Origin: the human T2T-CHM13v2.0 reference genome, Homo sapiens
Assembly (NCBI RefSeq): GCF_009914755.1
Contig: NC_060925.1
Reading direction: 5' to 3' (one strand)
Length of the DNA: 64,000 nt
This document shows positions 46,058-63,425 of this stretch, piece by piece (positions within the stretch are counted from its first letter, which is position 1; each line of letters starts with the position of its first letter). The translations under genes were made by a program, and so were the position numbers. Under the pieces are notes generated by a model that saw only the letters and a program-made list of their open reading frames with translations, made no database searches and had not been told where the DNA came from.

Positions 46058-47930
46058 CTAGCAAGGAACTTTTCTAAGGGCAGGAGCCAAGCCCATCTTG
46101 TTCTCACATACAGTGAGATCTACAGAGAGTTGCTGAATAAAGGAACAAACATGAAAACCTAAGAGCATTTGTATTTCAGCCAGCTTGTAGATGGTAGGTG
46201 GCCTGCTTCCTAAATCACATCAAGTGGGCTCACAATTTATGTTTGGGCCAATATGACCTCCTCTGACTTCCTCCTACTTCCAACCAACCCAAGTGAATGG
46301 TCGTTCTACACAAGTAAAAACATGAGGTTCCTTGGAGTTACCACCATACATCAAATGATTTTCCCAAAAAGATAACCCGTATACTGTGATTCGTGGACTT
46401 GCCTTAAGTTTTACAGAATGGTTTTAACTGAACAAAATCAGTCAGAATATTAAATTAAGACATTAGCATATTACTTTTTAGTCTATGTTATGTGAATTAG
46501 TGCTAAAATGGGTTTGCAGGTACACCTGGCAAAAAGCCATTGTACTTCTTTCTTTATAATATAAATTGCATCTGTCCGCATCCCTGTGTGTGATCCACCA
46601 AACTAGTTTAATAACAAGATTTTTATCTGGAAAGACACATATTTGGCAGATTATTTTTTCCTTGAGTTGTTTTCTGTTATCTTTTCTCTTAGTACAATAT
46701 AAACATTATTTTAAATCATAATTGAAAAAAACTGTTATATAGCCTTACTACAACCTGATCAAATTAACTGTGCAAGCAAGCCTCCAGATAAAATTGTGCT
46801 TAACTGAATAAACTGTTGTCAGTTCTAATACCCTTAAGTCCTTAAAACACCATTAAAAACAAATAAGAGTTGCATTCATTACAAATGGTTCTTAGCTATT
46901 TCTACTTTATATTCAGACCAGTCTGAGTTACCAAGTGTATGTGAAAATAACAGACCTAAATTTATGTTTTAAATACCTACAGGTCAGCCTTTTCAGCTGA
47001 AGTGGACTTTCCTACCCACTCCCCCTCCATACAAATCAAATTAGGGAGCTTTCTTGTCTTTCTCATTCTAGAGTGGGAAGACAAGGGAAGATACAGCTAA
47101 CTCCTTTGCTGTCAAAGCATATGGGATGAGAATGACATCAATAGCGCTTTTCCAATCACGTGGCAACAACTGTTCTTGAGTATAAATAATGCCCAGACCC
47201 AAGAAACCAGTCCAACATATACATCACCAAGAAGGAAATACATTTAAAATATTTTAAAACACACATCTATGATTAGGAGGAAGGGCCAACTCTTTGCACA
47301 CTTTTACATTTTGGGTAAATCTTGCTTTAGGAAAGCAAAATATGTTTATGGAAACAGAAACTGTAAAAGGGCATTCCATAGAAACTGAATACATATTTGA
47401 GAGTCCCTTTAAACTCTTATAATTCCTTACCAGCAAAACTCCCTGGAGTATTATCTGATTTACAAGATATTTAATTTCCACACAACTCTGAAGACACCGT
47501 TTTACAAACAGGTATATACATGGTGCCTCTGCCAATAGCCCACAACTTGCTAAGTAAACTGAATCAGTGAGGTCAACACAGTATCTTCACATTAACTTTC
47601 CCAGAAAGTCAAATACATTCCTACCAAATTATATACCTTGGATGGCACTTTAAATTAAATAAAAGCACCTTTGTTAGTCATTTTTCCTTAAAAATAAGAG
47701 TAAAACCTAATTTACCTAGCACCTTTGGCACTGTCTACGTAATAAACCCTTCTAGATTTGAGAAACTGCCTTCTTTTTTGATTTACTCATTGCTAACTGA
47801 AATCTAACATAGAATATATCTGTTAGTTTTTGTTTTGTATCTACTGGTGGCATCTTCCCTACTATGTTAAACATTCTGAATATAATTTGAGGGTTTTTTT
47901 TAAAATACACATCCTATTTATCAATCATTA

Positions 47931-48237
<307 letters not shown>

Positions 48238-50687
48238 TGTAAAAATAGCTAGCACATTTTCAGCTCATGCTGGCATCACTTCAAAATCTTAAGCATAGTC
48301 ATTCAACCCTCAAAACAACCTCAGAGGTAGGTACTGTCTTTATTGTCATTCTATGGATAAGGAAACAGGCGTAACTTGCTTGCAAACTCACAGCTAGGAT
48401 CAAATCATACAGTGTAGATCCAGAGCCTCCAAAAACAGACTATCAGAATCAAAAAACAAAACAAGGCTAAAAGACAATCAATCAGTCTGTTTTCTACTCA
48501 GAGGTACCATAAATTGATGTGATTTAGTCTCCTACAGCCGGCTTCAAGTTATTACTATCTTCTATGCAGACGGCCGCAGCTCCTCTTCCTAGGTTTCACA
48601 GTCAACCTTCTCTCGCAGATCACTCTTAAGTAATCTTCCCTGAGTTAAAGCAAAGATTCCTCACTGGTGTTTCACCCTGAAGAAAACCTCTTCTTTGAAT
48701 TTGTCTACAGAAATTCTCTGAAAGCAGCTTCTTATATTGTCCTCAGACCTTCTTACATACCTCCTAACCCCTAAATGAGACATCTGAAGTTGCCCTTTTC
48801 TGCTAGAGATGTGAACTTTCACTTCATTTATGCTCAACAACTTGACCTCTTCTTCATGGCTTGATGATCATTACCAATACCAAACACCATACTGTGCTGT
48901 GATTAACAATGCAACCTCAAATTGCTAGCTTGTTGACAATGGTGTTTGCCCTCCACTAAATGCCCCAGATTGTTTCACTTTTGAGTTTTGGTTCTCCTTG
49001 TCATAAACCAGTAGAAACTCCTTATTCACTTCTAAGATAAAAATTAACACTGCTTGCCTCTGAGAACATGTCTTCCTGTATTCATCCACTTAACAACTCT
49101 TGCCTCTTAGGTTTCTTGTATTTAATTTCCTAATGGCTTAAAAACCAGTTAGATAAACTGTCAAAAAAAAGTCTTTATAAATTAAAAGCAAATCAAAGTA
49201 GGTTTTATTCCACTGTAAGAAAAGCATGGATGAACTTCATGACATCTTGCTTGGCTCGAAGCCTTTCTTGTTTCCTAGTAGTCTTCTGGATAGTTGATAA
49301 ATGGCAGATAATAAAAGGCGTTTTCTGGGATGGGGAGGAGAGAGTTGCACAATGGTCAGATGAAGCTCACCCTTCATAGAACTCTCAGTGCTTCAGGTCT
49401 TCATTTGCTAACGATGTTATTCTTGAGCTTGGAAACTTCAAATGGCTTCTCATCTTCCCCACTCATTCGTTCAACAGAGGCCTCAGTCCCTAACCTAACA
49501 CTGCTCACAAATTTGTGGAAAGAGCTACGGTCTTCACAATCTGGATCCAACCTGCATGTCCTGCCCTACCTCCTTCCGCTCCCTCCCAAGCAGTCTTTGC
49601 TCTAATCTAGTGGCCACTTCCAAGTCTGCCACTGACACCACGTACATGCCCACTTTTATGTCCTTGCTCACACTGTATCTCTGCCTAGACTTCCTTCCCA
49701 CCCTAAAACAAAGGAACTCCTACTCACTCCTGAAGGCCCAACTCAAATGAAGCCTCTTCAAAAAAGCATTTGACAAGGGCTCCACGCAAGAATTAGCTCT
49801 CTTCAGGGTCCTGGAGCTCTTAATTCTGACTGCTACTACAGCATCACCCACAATGTGTTACAGCCATGTATACCAAGTTTATTTCCATATAAACTATGTC
49901 TTATCCTTCTGCCAGGCACTTAATAGGTACCAAAGAGATGTCTGTGCATACAAAGAATGAATTAATCTGTAACATTAAAAAAAGAAAGATAACAAGGGGA
50001 AGCTACTTCCTAGTCCTCAAACTTCAAAGGAGTGCCATGAAGGGTTCTAGGAAACATTCTACAATCACAAAGATTTACTCTTTTACATGCATATAGTCTG
50101 CAACTGTAAAACTGAACATGCCCTCAGGGTCTTCCACTAGACTGTAAATTCCACACGAGGACAGATTTGTACCTGTTTTGTTGTCTGTCTATTCACTCTC
50201 TGAGATTCACTGCAAGAGCTCAACAAGTATTTGCTAAATGAATAAAAGAATGTATAAAATGCTAGTGTGAATAGTACTGTTAAATAAATTCAGTTACTGC
50301 AGATTAAAAATATCCCAACAAACGCCAGCTCTATCTTCTGGCCAGAGTAGACTTAAAAGAAATTATCCTTTTGCTTCTAAAGCAGGTCTTGCCTCGGGAC
50401 TGGGCAGTTTATCCACAGAGCACCAAGGAAGAATGTGTGCCCACTGCCAACTACAAAGAATCATGGATCATAAACCCTCAGAAGTGGAGGTATCACGGAA
50501 ATGAGCTTAATGTTTTATGCTTTCCTGTCGCCTTAAACTGCCAAGAAGGCTGGTGCACCTCAGAGGAAAGAATACTCACAGGAATTAGTTTCTGGTCCCT
50601 GAAACCCAGTCATTTCAACATGACAGCTGTTTGAAATCCCATGTAACCAGAGGGTTTCTGAGACAGGAAGCAACAGTGGCACACCTA

Positions 50688-51090
<403 letters not shown>

Positions 51091-51799
51091 ACAATGAACC
51101 GATGTCTCTGATGCCTACTATAATGTAATTTACCTTTACATCGTAATTATTAAAAAAGAAAGAAATGAAGGGCACAGAAACAAGGAACACCTTCCTTGGT
51201 CACCAGCTACTCTCTCTCATCATTCTCTGAATCCTAACTGCTCTTATAGAAAAGAAATTGGCAAGGATGTGAGTGTGCTTAAATGGACAAGCGAGTAGAG
51301 CATGAATGACTTGTTCCCTCTATTTTCTACTTTCCTATATTTTCTAATTTTTCTATAGTGAATTCTCCTTATTGTTATGATGGGAAAAATAACCTTTGCT
51401 TAAAGAAATTATAGAGCTAAAAAGTACATGTTCTGACAATAAGAAAACTAAGTATACTAAAAAAACCTTTACCCCAAAAAATGAATAACAAAGAATTCGA
51501 TAATATCAAACCATCCACAGGCGGCTTTTTACTCAACATATTGCCTTAACCCTGGTTCCCTCAACTACCGGTAAATCTAATGATTCACTTATGAAAAATA
51601 CTCTTCATATTAGTTATGATTTGCATAGCACGTCACAGTTTCCATGCATTATTTACCTGACTTCCCCCCAAAACTCTGCGAGATGACCAGGGAGAATATT
51701 TTTATCTCCATTTTGCAAATGAAGAAAAGAGGTGCCCTGAAGTGAAAAAATTTGCCACAAGAGCCCAGATCTTCTTGCTCCTTACTCAGTATTCCAAAG

Positions 51800-52005
51800 C
51801 AGGACTTCTTAACCTGGGCACTACTGAGATGGATAATTCTTTGTTTGGGATGGGGGGCTGTCTTGTGCGTTATAGGATGTTTAGTAGCATCCCTAGCCTC
51901 TAACCACTAGATGCCTACCAGTAGCACCGCTCCCTTCCCCCAAGTTGTAACAACCAAAAATGTCTCCAGAAACTGCAAATATCTCATTGGGTGCAAAATC
52001 ATACC
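51800..52005. mobile_element. MER20
   Basis: ggataattctttgtt...taggatgtttagtagcatccct...acaaccaaaaatgtctccaga. Confidence 0.8.
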
Positions 52006-53539
52006 CTTACTAGTCTAAAAAAATCTGAAAGTTCCTTCCAACACTCCTGTTCAATGACAAGGTTCCATATACCACTGAGCCACAATAATCACAGAACATC
52101 CAATGTTCCTTCTTCAGCGAGATTCCATTAATAAGCCAATTCCCCATCCACTTAAAATAATGGTTTTAAATGTGAAAATGAACAAGAAAAATTTATTTGT
52201 ATGAATATTCACATCTCAGACAATAAATCTTCTAACAGCATGCTATTATCTTATCAGGACATAAGGACATACAAAATGGGATGTGTGTTTGAGGGGAAAA
52301 AAACACCAGAGGAATCTGAGAATTAGAAAACACAGATCATGGTCTTTGCTATGCAGTTATACCTTAGTGTTCTCTTGTTCTCTCTACACAAATGAGTATC
52401 AACCTACACGTTCTCAATGCTTGTTTCAGTCGGAAGTATATGGCTTTAGCCAAGCTCATGTTAAGATCCTAAATTACAACAACTGAAATGTAGTTATATT
52501 TTAGGAAATGTTTGAATTATTTTACCTATATCTAATTTATGCATTCTCTACAATCATTTCCCAATGGTAGTAAATAATTAGTATAGTATGAAATGGAGGA
52601 AACCATTTAAACTGGCTGTATTCAGTGTGGAGTATCACACTGCAATCCTAGCAGTAAAAAAACATAGTTTTGTATCTATTTGCAGAAACTAAGACTCAGT
52701 CAAAGCACTTAGTTAATATGATATACAGAATTAAGAAGAGGTTATGATTATTCCTATTTATAATGTCCAAAGTCATTCCAGTATGATGTCTTCACATCTT
52801 TAAATGTGATCTGGATCTATACAGGGGAGACATTTTCTCCACATTACAAAGCATATTGTACCAGAAATGTCTGGAACCCTGGTGGTCTCCATTAATCTTC
52901 ACCACAAAGTACAAAAGAACACATTGATCCTTCAATGAAAATAATCCCCTGGTCTTGGAAAACATCAGAGTCACCAAAAGCAAAATCAAGAAACAACACA
53001 TAATGGGGTTTTGGAAAGGGAAGAACAAAGATTCAATCAATACGAATTGCTCATCTTAAACAAAATCTACTGTGCCTATACCCATATTTAACTCAAATCT
53101 TTTCTTCAAAAAATAAAAAAATAGCCAAAACCAAACACGCCCTGATTTACATCTCTCTCTGCATTATTCTCATCACTTAACTACCCATGTTTTACTCCCT
53201 GAAAGAAGTAATGACAATTTTATACCACTGTAAATTCCTGCCAGTGAGAGAAAAACCCTATGACTTGGGGGGAAAAGTGTCAATGACATGTATAGCGATG
53301 TACTCAACCAGGGGCAGAAGGCAGCTCACAGCCACGTAGTAAGAAGAGTGGCAGGAAGGACGGGGTCCCCTTCCCCAGGAACACACAGGAAATCATGGAG
53401 TGCAAACCCTCCAAAAAACGTGTGCACAAACACCTGGCAAACATCGCATCTTTTATCTAGAAGTTCCGTGGTAAACACACATCCAAGGAGCCCACATCCC
53501 AGGGACCCTGGGGAGTGACTTTGGAGGAGTGTCTATTAG

Positions 53540-54930
53540 TCCTCCGATGCTCCCGGTCGCCGACGATGCGCGGATGGAGTTGGAGTGAGGGAGCCAGAGA
53601 CCAGCCCCAGTTTCGGTTAATCAGTCCCTTTCCAGTGGGATTCGCAATTCCCCGGGTAGTTCTCTCCCACTGTTCCCCTTCCCTGGTCCTCTCGCCCAGG
53701 GTCTCCTTTCCCACTTCTCGCTGGCTACCTGAGGCCTGGTTCCTAACAGAACCTAAGAGGGGAGGGGGCGTTTCCCGAGTTCGCGGACGCCCAACACCCA
53801 GCTCCAAATCCCAGAAACTTTCCCTCGCTGAGACCGCAAGGAAGGAAAAAAGCTAAGACCCTCAGCCTCCTTCCTGGGGCCGAAGAAGAAAACCTTTCTG
53901 CGCTGCCACCCTGGCCGGGAGCTGGCGGTCAAGTTCGCGGTACAAGGAGCTAGGGACGTCAGCCCTCCAGCCCGCGCCTGTATCTCGGGGTGGTATAAAC
54001 AGGATGTCAGACAGCGCGCTCCGGGCTTGTTTATGAAAACTTGCCGTGCGCGCTGGGGGAGGGGGCGGCCTGGCTTAACCGCTCTTCTCCCGGCCGGGGG
54101 CCCCCGCCCGGCGACCTCCTCGCCGCCCGCCGGCTCCGCGGGGCTGGAAATCCCCGCCTTCCCCGCCCGAGCCGCGGGGTCCTGAGCTGCGCTCAGGAGC
54201 AGCCCGGGCCGCGCAGCCTAAGGACCGACCAAGAGCGGTGGCCGCGCCTCCGGCCAGTCCGGGCTGCGCGCCCCTCGCCTGCCGACCGCGGCCGCCCCGG
54301 CTCCTCCACCTCCCCCGGTGACACTCACCACTTCCGTGTGCGCCTGGGCCAGGCAGCGCCCCGTCGCTGCGCTGGCTGGGGTCGACCGGCAGGCTCGCTA
54401 GGCGGCCAGCCCCGCGGGGCCCCAGCGTGCGCGCGCCCAGGGCTGAGGAGGGGTCGCGGCGAGGACAGCCGGGACTGGGCGCAGGCCCGCACTGTCTGCA
54501 GCTCCAGGATACTCCGCGGCCGCCGCGGCCTGCGCTCAGCGACGCACCGCCTCCCGTCCCGCCCCGCCCCGCCCCGCGGCCGGCCCCACCCCCGTGGCCG
54601 CCGGGCCCACCCCCTCGCGACGTCACCAGCGGCAGCCCCGGAAAGCGGGGCGGGGTCGCGGTCCCGGCGGAGACTCTGCGCCTCCGGCCTACCCGCCCCG
54701 CCCCCATCCGGCTTCGCTCGCGAAGCTGCCCCCACTCGTCTCTGTTCACCGCGTCCTCTAGATTCTAGAATCTAGAAACTCATCTAGGACGCGAGGTCAT
54801 CTATCGCGGGGAGTAAAATTGCCAGGATTCGCCCGTAGATTGACCCCTCCCAGCTCTGGAGCCCCCTCCGCCACACCTTTGTGCGCTCGATGCAGAAATG
54901 CATCCCGCCTCCTCCGTATACGCTCCGCTT
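53540..54930. promoter_or_regulatory. JAK1: CpG-island promoter of JAK1
   Basis: Abrupt rise in GC and CpG density; tandem Sp/KLF GC boxes (54558-54576); CRE-like GACGTCA (54619-54625); ETS motif CGGAAGTG at the exon 1 3' end; no TATA box on the minus strand. Confidence 0.9.
54329..54545 (-). other. JAK1: JAK1 non-coding exon 1 (5'UTR)
   Basis: Minus strand reads ...TGCAGACAGTGCGGGCCTGCGCCCAGTCCCGG...CCAGGCGCACACGGAAGTG, matching the JAK1 mRNA 5' leader as I recall it, followed by consensus donor GTGAGT (54328-54323). The 5' end is approximate; no ATG seen in the exon. Confidence 0.92.
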
Positions 54931-56502
54931 CTTACCCCAGCTCAGTAGGAGAGGAGCTAGTGGAGCACTAGACTAAAAAGAATTTAACAATACAGCCCCC
55001 AGCTTGGACAAGCTACTGCAGATCCAACCCATTCCGTATTTTAAAAGCTCTTTACGAAAAAAAAAAAAGCATATGCATAATAGGAATTAGAACTACATTC
55101 ACTGATACCTAATGCATGTACAGCGCTTTTCATTTTTTACTAATAACCTCTCAAAGTAGTAGCATCATCTTATCCATGAGGAACAAATTAAGTCTTTAGT
55201 GTCTTAATCAAGGTCACACTGTAGCCAAGATTCATACTTCGTAGGCAGTCCACGGACAAATCCTAACAATTTTATTTCCTTAGGTATCTCTCCAATCAGT
55301 TCACTTGTCTATGTTCCGGCAACACGGTCCGAGCTGCCACCATCTCTCACCTGAAGGGACCACGAACATCTCTTAAATCGTCACTCCATTCACTCCAGCC
55401 CCCAATTAATTCTCTACAATGAACTTTTAAAAATTCAAATCTGTTCCACACACTCCCATGCTTAAAACACTCCAGCGACTTCCCCCTGACAATCCCTGGA
55501 TGAAAATCCTCCGAGGCCGTGCACGGTCAGAATTCTGCAGCTTCAGGGCTGTGGACAGAGGCTGCCCCACCTGTGCTGACTTCACTAACCCTGCTGGACA
55601 GTTCCTGATCACTTGAGTTACTGCAACTGAAACTGAGCAAGATATTCTGGGTGTGGAATAAAGTCAAGCATCCGAATTAGACTACTGAATTTGAGGTTTG
55701 GCCTCCACCAGTAACCACCTGTGTTGCCCTAAACAATTCTTAGTTGACTCAATTCTCAGTGGAGCAGCAGACAAAAGGATCTCCAAAGTGCCTTCCAGAA
55801 GTACAGAAAAGAGGACCAAAGAAGACCGGAGATCAGAGCAGACAGGGAGGCAACCCGGGTTGCCTGCATTGTGGGTGTTTGTGTGCAAGTCTTGTCTCAT
55901 CTGCCACACTCTGAACAACACCTCAGGGCTGTTTGCATCATTTTCTTCACCTGTTAAATAGGGATAATGCCTTCCTTAAAGGGGTTTTGCTGAAGGTGAA
56001 CTATGATAATATAGCCCACATGGCATGGGCTCAGGAAGTGGTAGGGGTTTTTATTGAGCTGGACCATAAAGAACAGGTGAGACTGACATGAAGGGAGACA
56101 GAGACGTGAAAGAACAGCATTTCAGGTGAGGATGTAAAGAAAAAGGAAAGTCAGGAAGGCAGCAGTGAACCCATTGTGCCCACGAACGAATCTGGCTGTT
56201 CACAGGGTGGAATCAGGGGGAGAGGGCCTGGATTCAGTTTAGATCTGTTCGTCTATAACAGACATTGTGCTAGGTGATGAAGATTCAGAGAAAAAAAAAA
56301 TAGACTAGGTTCCTGACCTCTGAATGCTCAATGCAGTCAGAGAGACAGGCAAGTAACAATTCAGTGATTCCCGGTCCTGTAATGGTGATCACAGAAGACA
56401 GTCACCCAGCCGAGTCTGAGGAAGTCAGAATAAGCTTCAAGTAGCCGACAGGAGGCAGGAGTCAGGAGGTAGCGGCATATTCAGGCAGTAATAGTATATG
56501 CT

Positions 56503-57178
<676 letters not shown>

Positions 57179-57248
57179 CTAAAATAAAATAGTGGGTTTT
57201 TTTTTTTGAGAGATTTAAGGTTTTTGTTTTAGAAGAATCACCCTAGGG

Positions 57249-57511
57249 CAAGGGCTCTCAACCTCAGCACTATTGACATTGTGGGCTGGAAAATTCTTGT
57301 TGTAGTGGGGGTGTCCTGTGCATTGTAGGATGTTTAGCAGCATCTCTGACCTCTGACTACTAGGTGCTAGTAGCAAGTCCTCTTGTTCCCCCATCACACC
57401 CCCCCGCAACTCCCCACCCTCCTCCTTTCCCAGCTGTGACTTCCAAAAATGTCTTCAGACGTTGCCAAATGTCCCCTGGGGTGCAAAATCACACCCCACT
57501 GAGAACCACTA
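57249..57511. mobile_element. MER20
   Basis: ctcaacctcagcactattgacatt...tgtaggatgtttagcagcatc...gccaaatgtcccctgggg...tgagaaccact. Confidence 0.85.
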
Positions 57512-57848
57512 GTCTAGGGATAATGTGGAAGATGAATTGGAGGGCAAGGAGATTAATTACATGTCATTGTAAAACTGCAAGCTGCGAGAGATGACAGCCT
57601 ATCTAAGGCAGTGGACTGGGGAAGGATACTGAGGAAGATGCAAAAGGCCTGAGGAGATAGAATGGACAGTGCTTGGTGACTGATTAGATGTGGCTACTGA
57701 GGCAGAGAGAGGAATCTCGCATGACTCCCAAATTTTCTGAATTGGTTAATAAGCTGACCAAGGATGCCACCGACTGGATGCCACCGACTAAACAGGATAA
57801 GAAATTCAGTTTTATGTTTGAGAAGAGGAAAGTTTTAAACAGTCACTG

Positions 57849-58777
<929 letters not shown>

Positions 58778-59367
58778 TGCCACTCAGTAGAATATATGAT
58801 ATATAGGAGAGACACAATAGTGTAAAACAAAAGAATACAAATATTTCCTTCTAACATGCAATCCATGACATACATCTAAATTTAATTAAACCAAATGCAG
58901 TCTAGAAGCCTCTTATTAGAAAATTAATAACAACCACCCAACCATCAATCATACACACAGTTTCACACATAAATCTTCATCAAAAGAATATGTCCCCATC
59001 AGTCTTCCTCTGCAAAAGCTATTGCTTAGATAACAATGGGAAAATATGTTAGATGCAAACAATGATGTTTTTTCAACAACACTAAACTAAACTAAATCCC
59101 CATTGTACAAATCATGAAATTTGTTTCCAAAAATTGGAATCTGGAGAAAAAATTGACTGTAATCTTGCAAACCTGATATAAATCAGTCACCATATTATAT
59201 GTTTTCTTCCCATTATCTTTTTCCACGGGGCATATTTTTCATATAAATATAGTCATGGCATACATGTCACTTTGTAAACTGTTCCTTAAACTTAATTGTA
59301 ATTCATAAGTGTATTTCAATGTTTCTATACAAGTCTTCATAACGAATGAAGTTTTTCATGCAAATAA

Positions 59368-59859
<492 letters not shown>

Positions 59860-60365
59860 TTATCTATCATACTTTTGATATGCATTTTACGGCATGTTAT
59901 TTGCCCTAAAAAACTACACTTGAAGAAGTTCTCCATTTTCTTGTACTCAAATATGTTGAATTGTTGTGGGTTTTTGTTTGTTTGCAAACACTGTACTGCA
60001 GCCTGGGCAACAGAACAAGACCTTGTCTCAAAAAAAAGAAAAAAGTGTGACAGATACAATATTGCTATCTTTATTAAAGATCTCATTATTACAAATTGAC
60101 AGAAGATACAATGACCCTAGTAGATGGTGGGCAAAGAACAAAAACAGATAATATTCCCCCTACCTACTCTTCCACATGCACATTGATATGTTAAAAGAAA
60201 AATAGAAACTAGTGAGAAAGCATATAGAAAATCATTAACTTCTTTAATAAATGTAAAAATTCAAATTAAAGCTACAAGATACATTTTTAAAACATTAAAG
60301 GTACAAACTATTTGAAAAATTATAATGTCCACTGTTTTAGACCCTGATAGGGTGTATGCTTTTCA

Positions 60366-61118
<753 letters not shown>

Positions 61119-61123
<5 letters not shown>

Positions 61124-61389
61124 GAAAGAAAGAAAAAGAGAAAGAAAGAAAGAAAGGAAGAAAGGAAGAAAAAGAAAGAAAGAAAGAAAAAGAAAGAAAG
61201 AAAGGAAAAGAAAGAAAGAAAGGAAAAGAAAGAAAGAAAGAAGGAGAAAGAAAGAGAGAAAGAAAGACGGAAGGAAGGAAAGAAAGAAAGGGCGAGAAAG
61301 AAAGAGAGAGAAAGGAAGGAAGGGAGGGAAGGAGGGAGGGGAGGGGAAGGGAAGGGAAAGGAAGAGAACAAAAGAAAAGAAAAGAAAGA
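61119..61389 (+). repeat. GA-rich polypurine tract derived from an Alu tail
   Basis: ~270 nt of (GAAA)/(GGAA)/(GGGA) with very few pyrimidines. Confidence 0.95.
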
Positions 61390-62857
61390 TTTAAGGAATA
61401 TAAATATTGGGGAGGAGGGCATAAACATTCTATTTTTTTAATCTATTATATTTTATACAGCTAAATATTTTACACATTCAGTATTTAAACCTATAAGATT
61501 TCAATGGATGTTCTGAAGTGTCAAAATTGCTTTTTTTAAAATCAAACTGTCATTTTCTATTGAAAATATAGTATTAAGTAAATGTTCACCTTTTAACAAT
61601 CCCTTCCCTCGTCTCACTTTGCAAAAAAAAAAAAAAAAAAAAGGAAAAGGAAAATCAAATGTTGAACCTCTTACAACCTACAGCTGAAATAAACTTTGAC
61701 ACTGACTGAGCAGATCTTTCTCTACATGCTCACTAACCCATTGAATCAGCTTCCATCTAAGGTGGGGTGTGATTAGACTTACAGGAAGGAGGCCCTTTTC
61801 TATTGCTTAGTACCATGCAAACAGTAGGCTGTCTAAAATACTTATTCATAATGACAGAAAGTAAGAAAAAAATCGGATTAAATATAATGGGAAGGAAAGG
61901 GAATATATATATTTTTCCTTAAAGGTATCATGCATGACATATAATAAAAATTCAATAGATATTTGCTAAAGCTATAATTCAGTAAAGAAAAAAGATGAAA
62001 AGCAAATGAATCATGTATGTATATATAATTATAAATGTCCACATTATGTTTTTAGACTGAAAATTTTCAGTTAATTGTCCAAAGTAGAACGTTGGTAACT
62101 CTGTCATAAATTCAATACATAGGTATCACACATTTGGTATGGGTATCACACATTTGGTATTGTCCTAAAATCATTGCTTGAGAAAAAAACTTGATTCTGA
62201 TTTGGAGAACTTCCTCCCCCAACTTCTGTAGAACATCAAGTTTATCTTCCTCAGATACTTCAACTCTCATAAGATGTCAACTTCACTCTCAGTCTAACTG
62301 CCCCACAGATGAGTAGTTAAGGTAACTTTGGAGTAATACCAACTTAAGTTTAAATTTCAGCTCAGCTCTGCCACTTACTAGTGTATATCCCAGGCAAGTT
62401 CCTAAATTAATCCTGTTTCCTTATACATAAAATTGCAATCATACTACCCAGCCCATTTACCTCAGTAAATGATTATGAAAGTTAGATAAGAAGGTATATA
62501 TAAACTAACCATCCCTACCATAGTATGGCACATGGATCTGCCTTTAACTAGCTAGCAGCTAGCTGGAGAACATACTTAATTCAGGTCCATCTGGAAACTC
62601 ATCAGACAGGATTAGCCAGGCAAGAGATGTATTGAGGAAAATGCCTGTGAAGGATCAAGGGAGGGGAAGCAGAAGAAAGCGAGGAAAGCCTCCAGATCAT
62701 GCTGCAGCTCTGACATCTGTGGAAGAAGAGAGGGAAAAAGAGACGATGGGGATAGAGAGTCAAAGACTATATAGCACAGTTCCAAAAGAGCCTTGGTTAG
62801 GCCAATCAGAGTCCTTGAGCCAAAGTGGCCACGGCTCACGGGAATTAGCCAGCATTC

Positions 62858-63258
<401 letters not shown>

Positions 63259-63425
63259 AAAAGAACTGACCAGCTTTCATATACCTGCCATGCTCTGTCA
63301 TTGGTATGGAAAGCCCAGCTCTGTGCAAACATGGTGGTGTGTGCACAGAGGCAACAGCTGGGGCTGTCAGTCAGTCATGCTCCCACAGCAGGAGATCTGA
63401 GCAGTGCACTTTCATGGTGGCCACA

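Noticed and set aside
53990-54005. TATAAA on the plus strand as an antisense promoter
   Set aside because: Isolated hexamer with no other support from sequence.
54041-54775. Long ORFs of 113-244 aa on both strands over the promoter
   Set aside because: Stop-codon depletion in a GC-rich CpG island; low-complexity R/P/G/A peptides; JAK1 exon 1 is non-coding.
62121-62160. 20-bp tandem duplication (also 14 bp at ~57772-57799)
   Set aside because: Ordinary slippage duplications; only two units, no spacer structure, not CRISPR-like.
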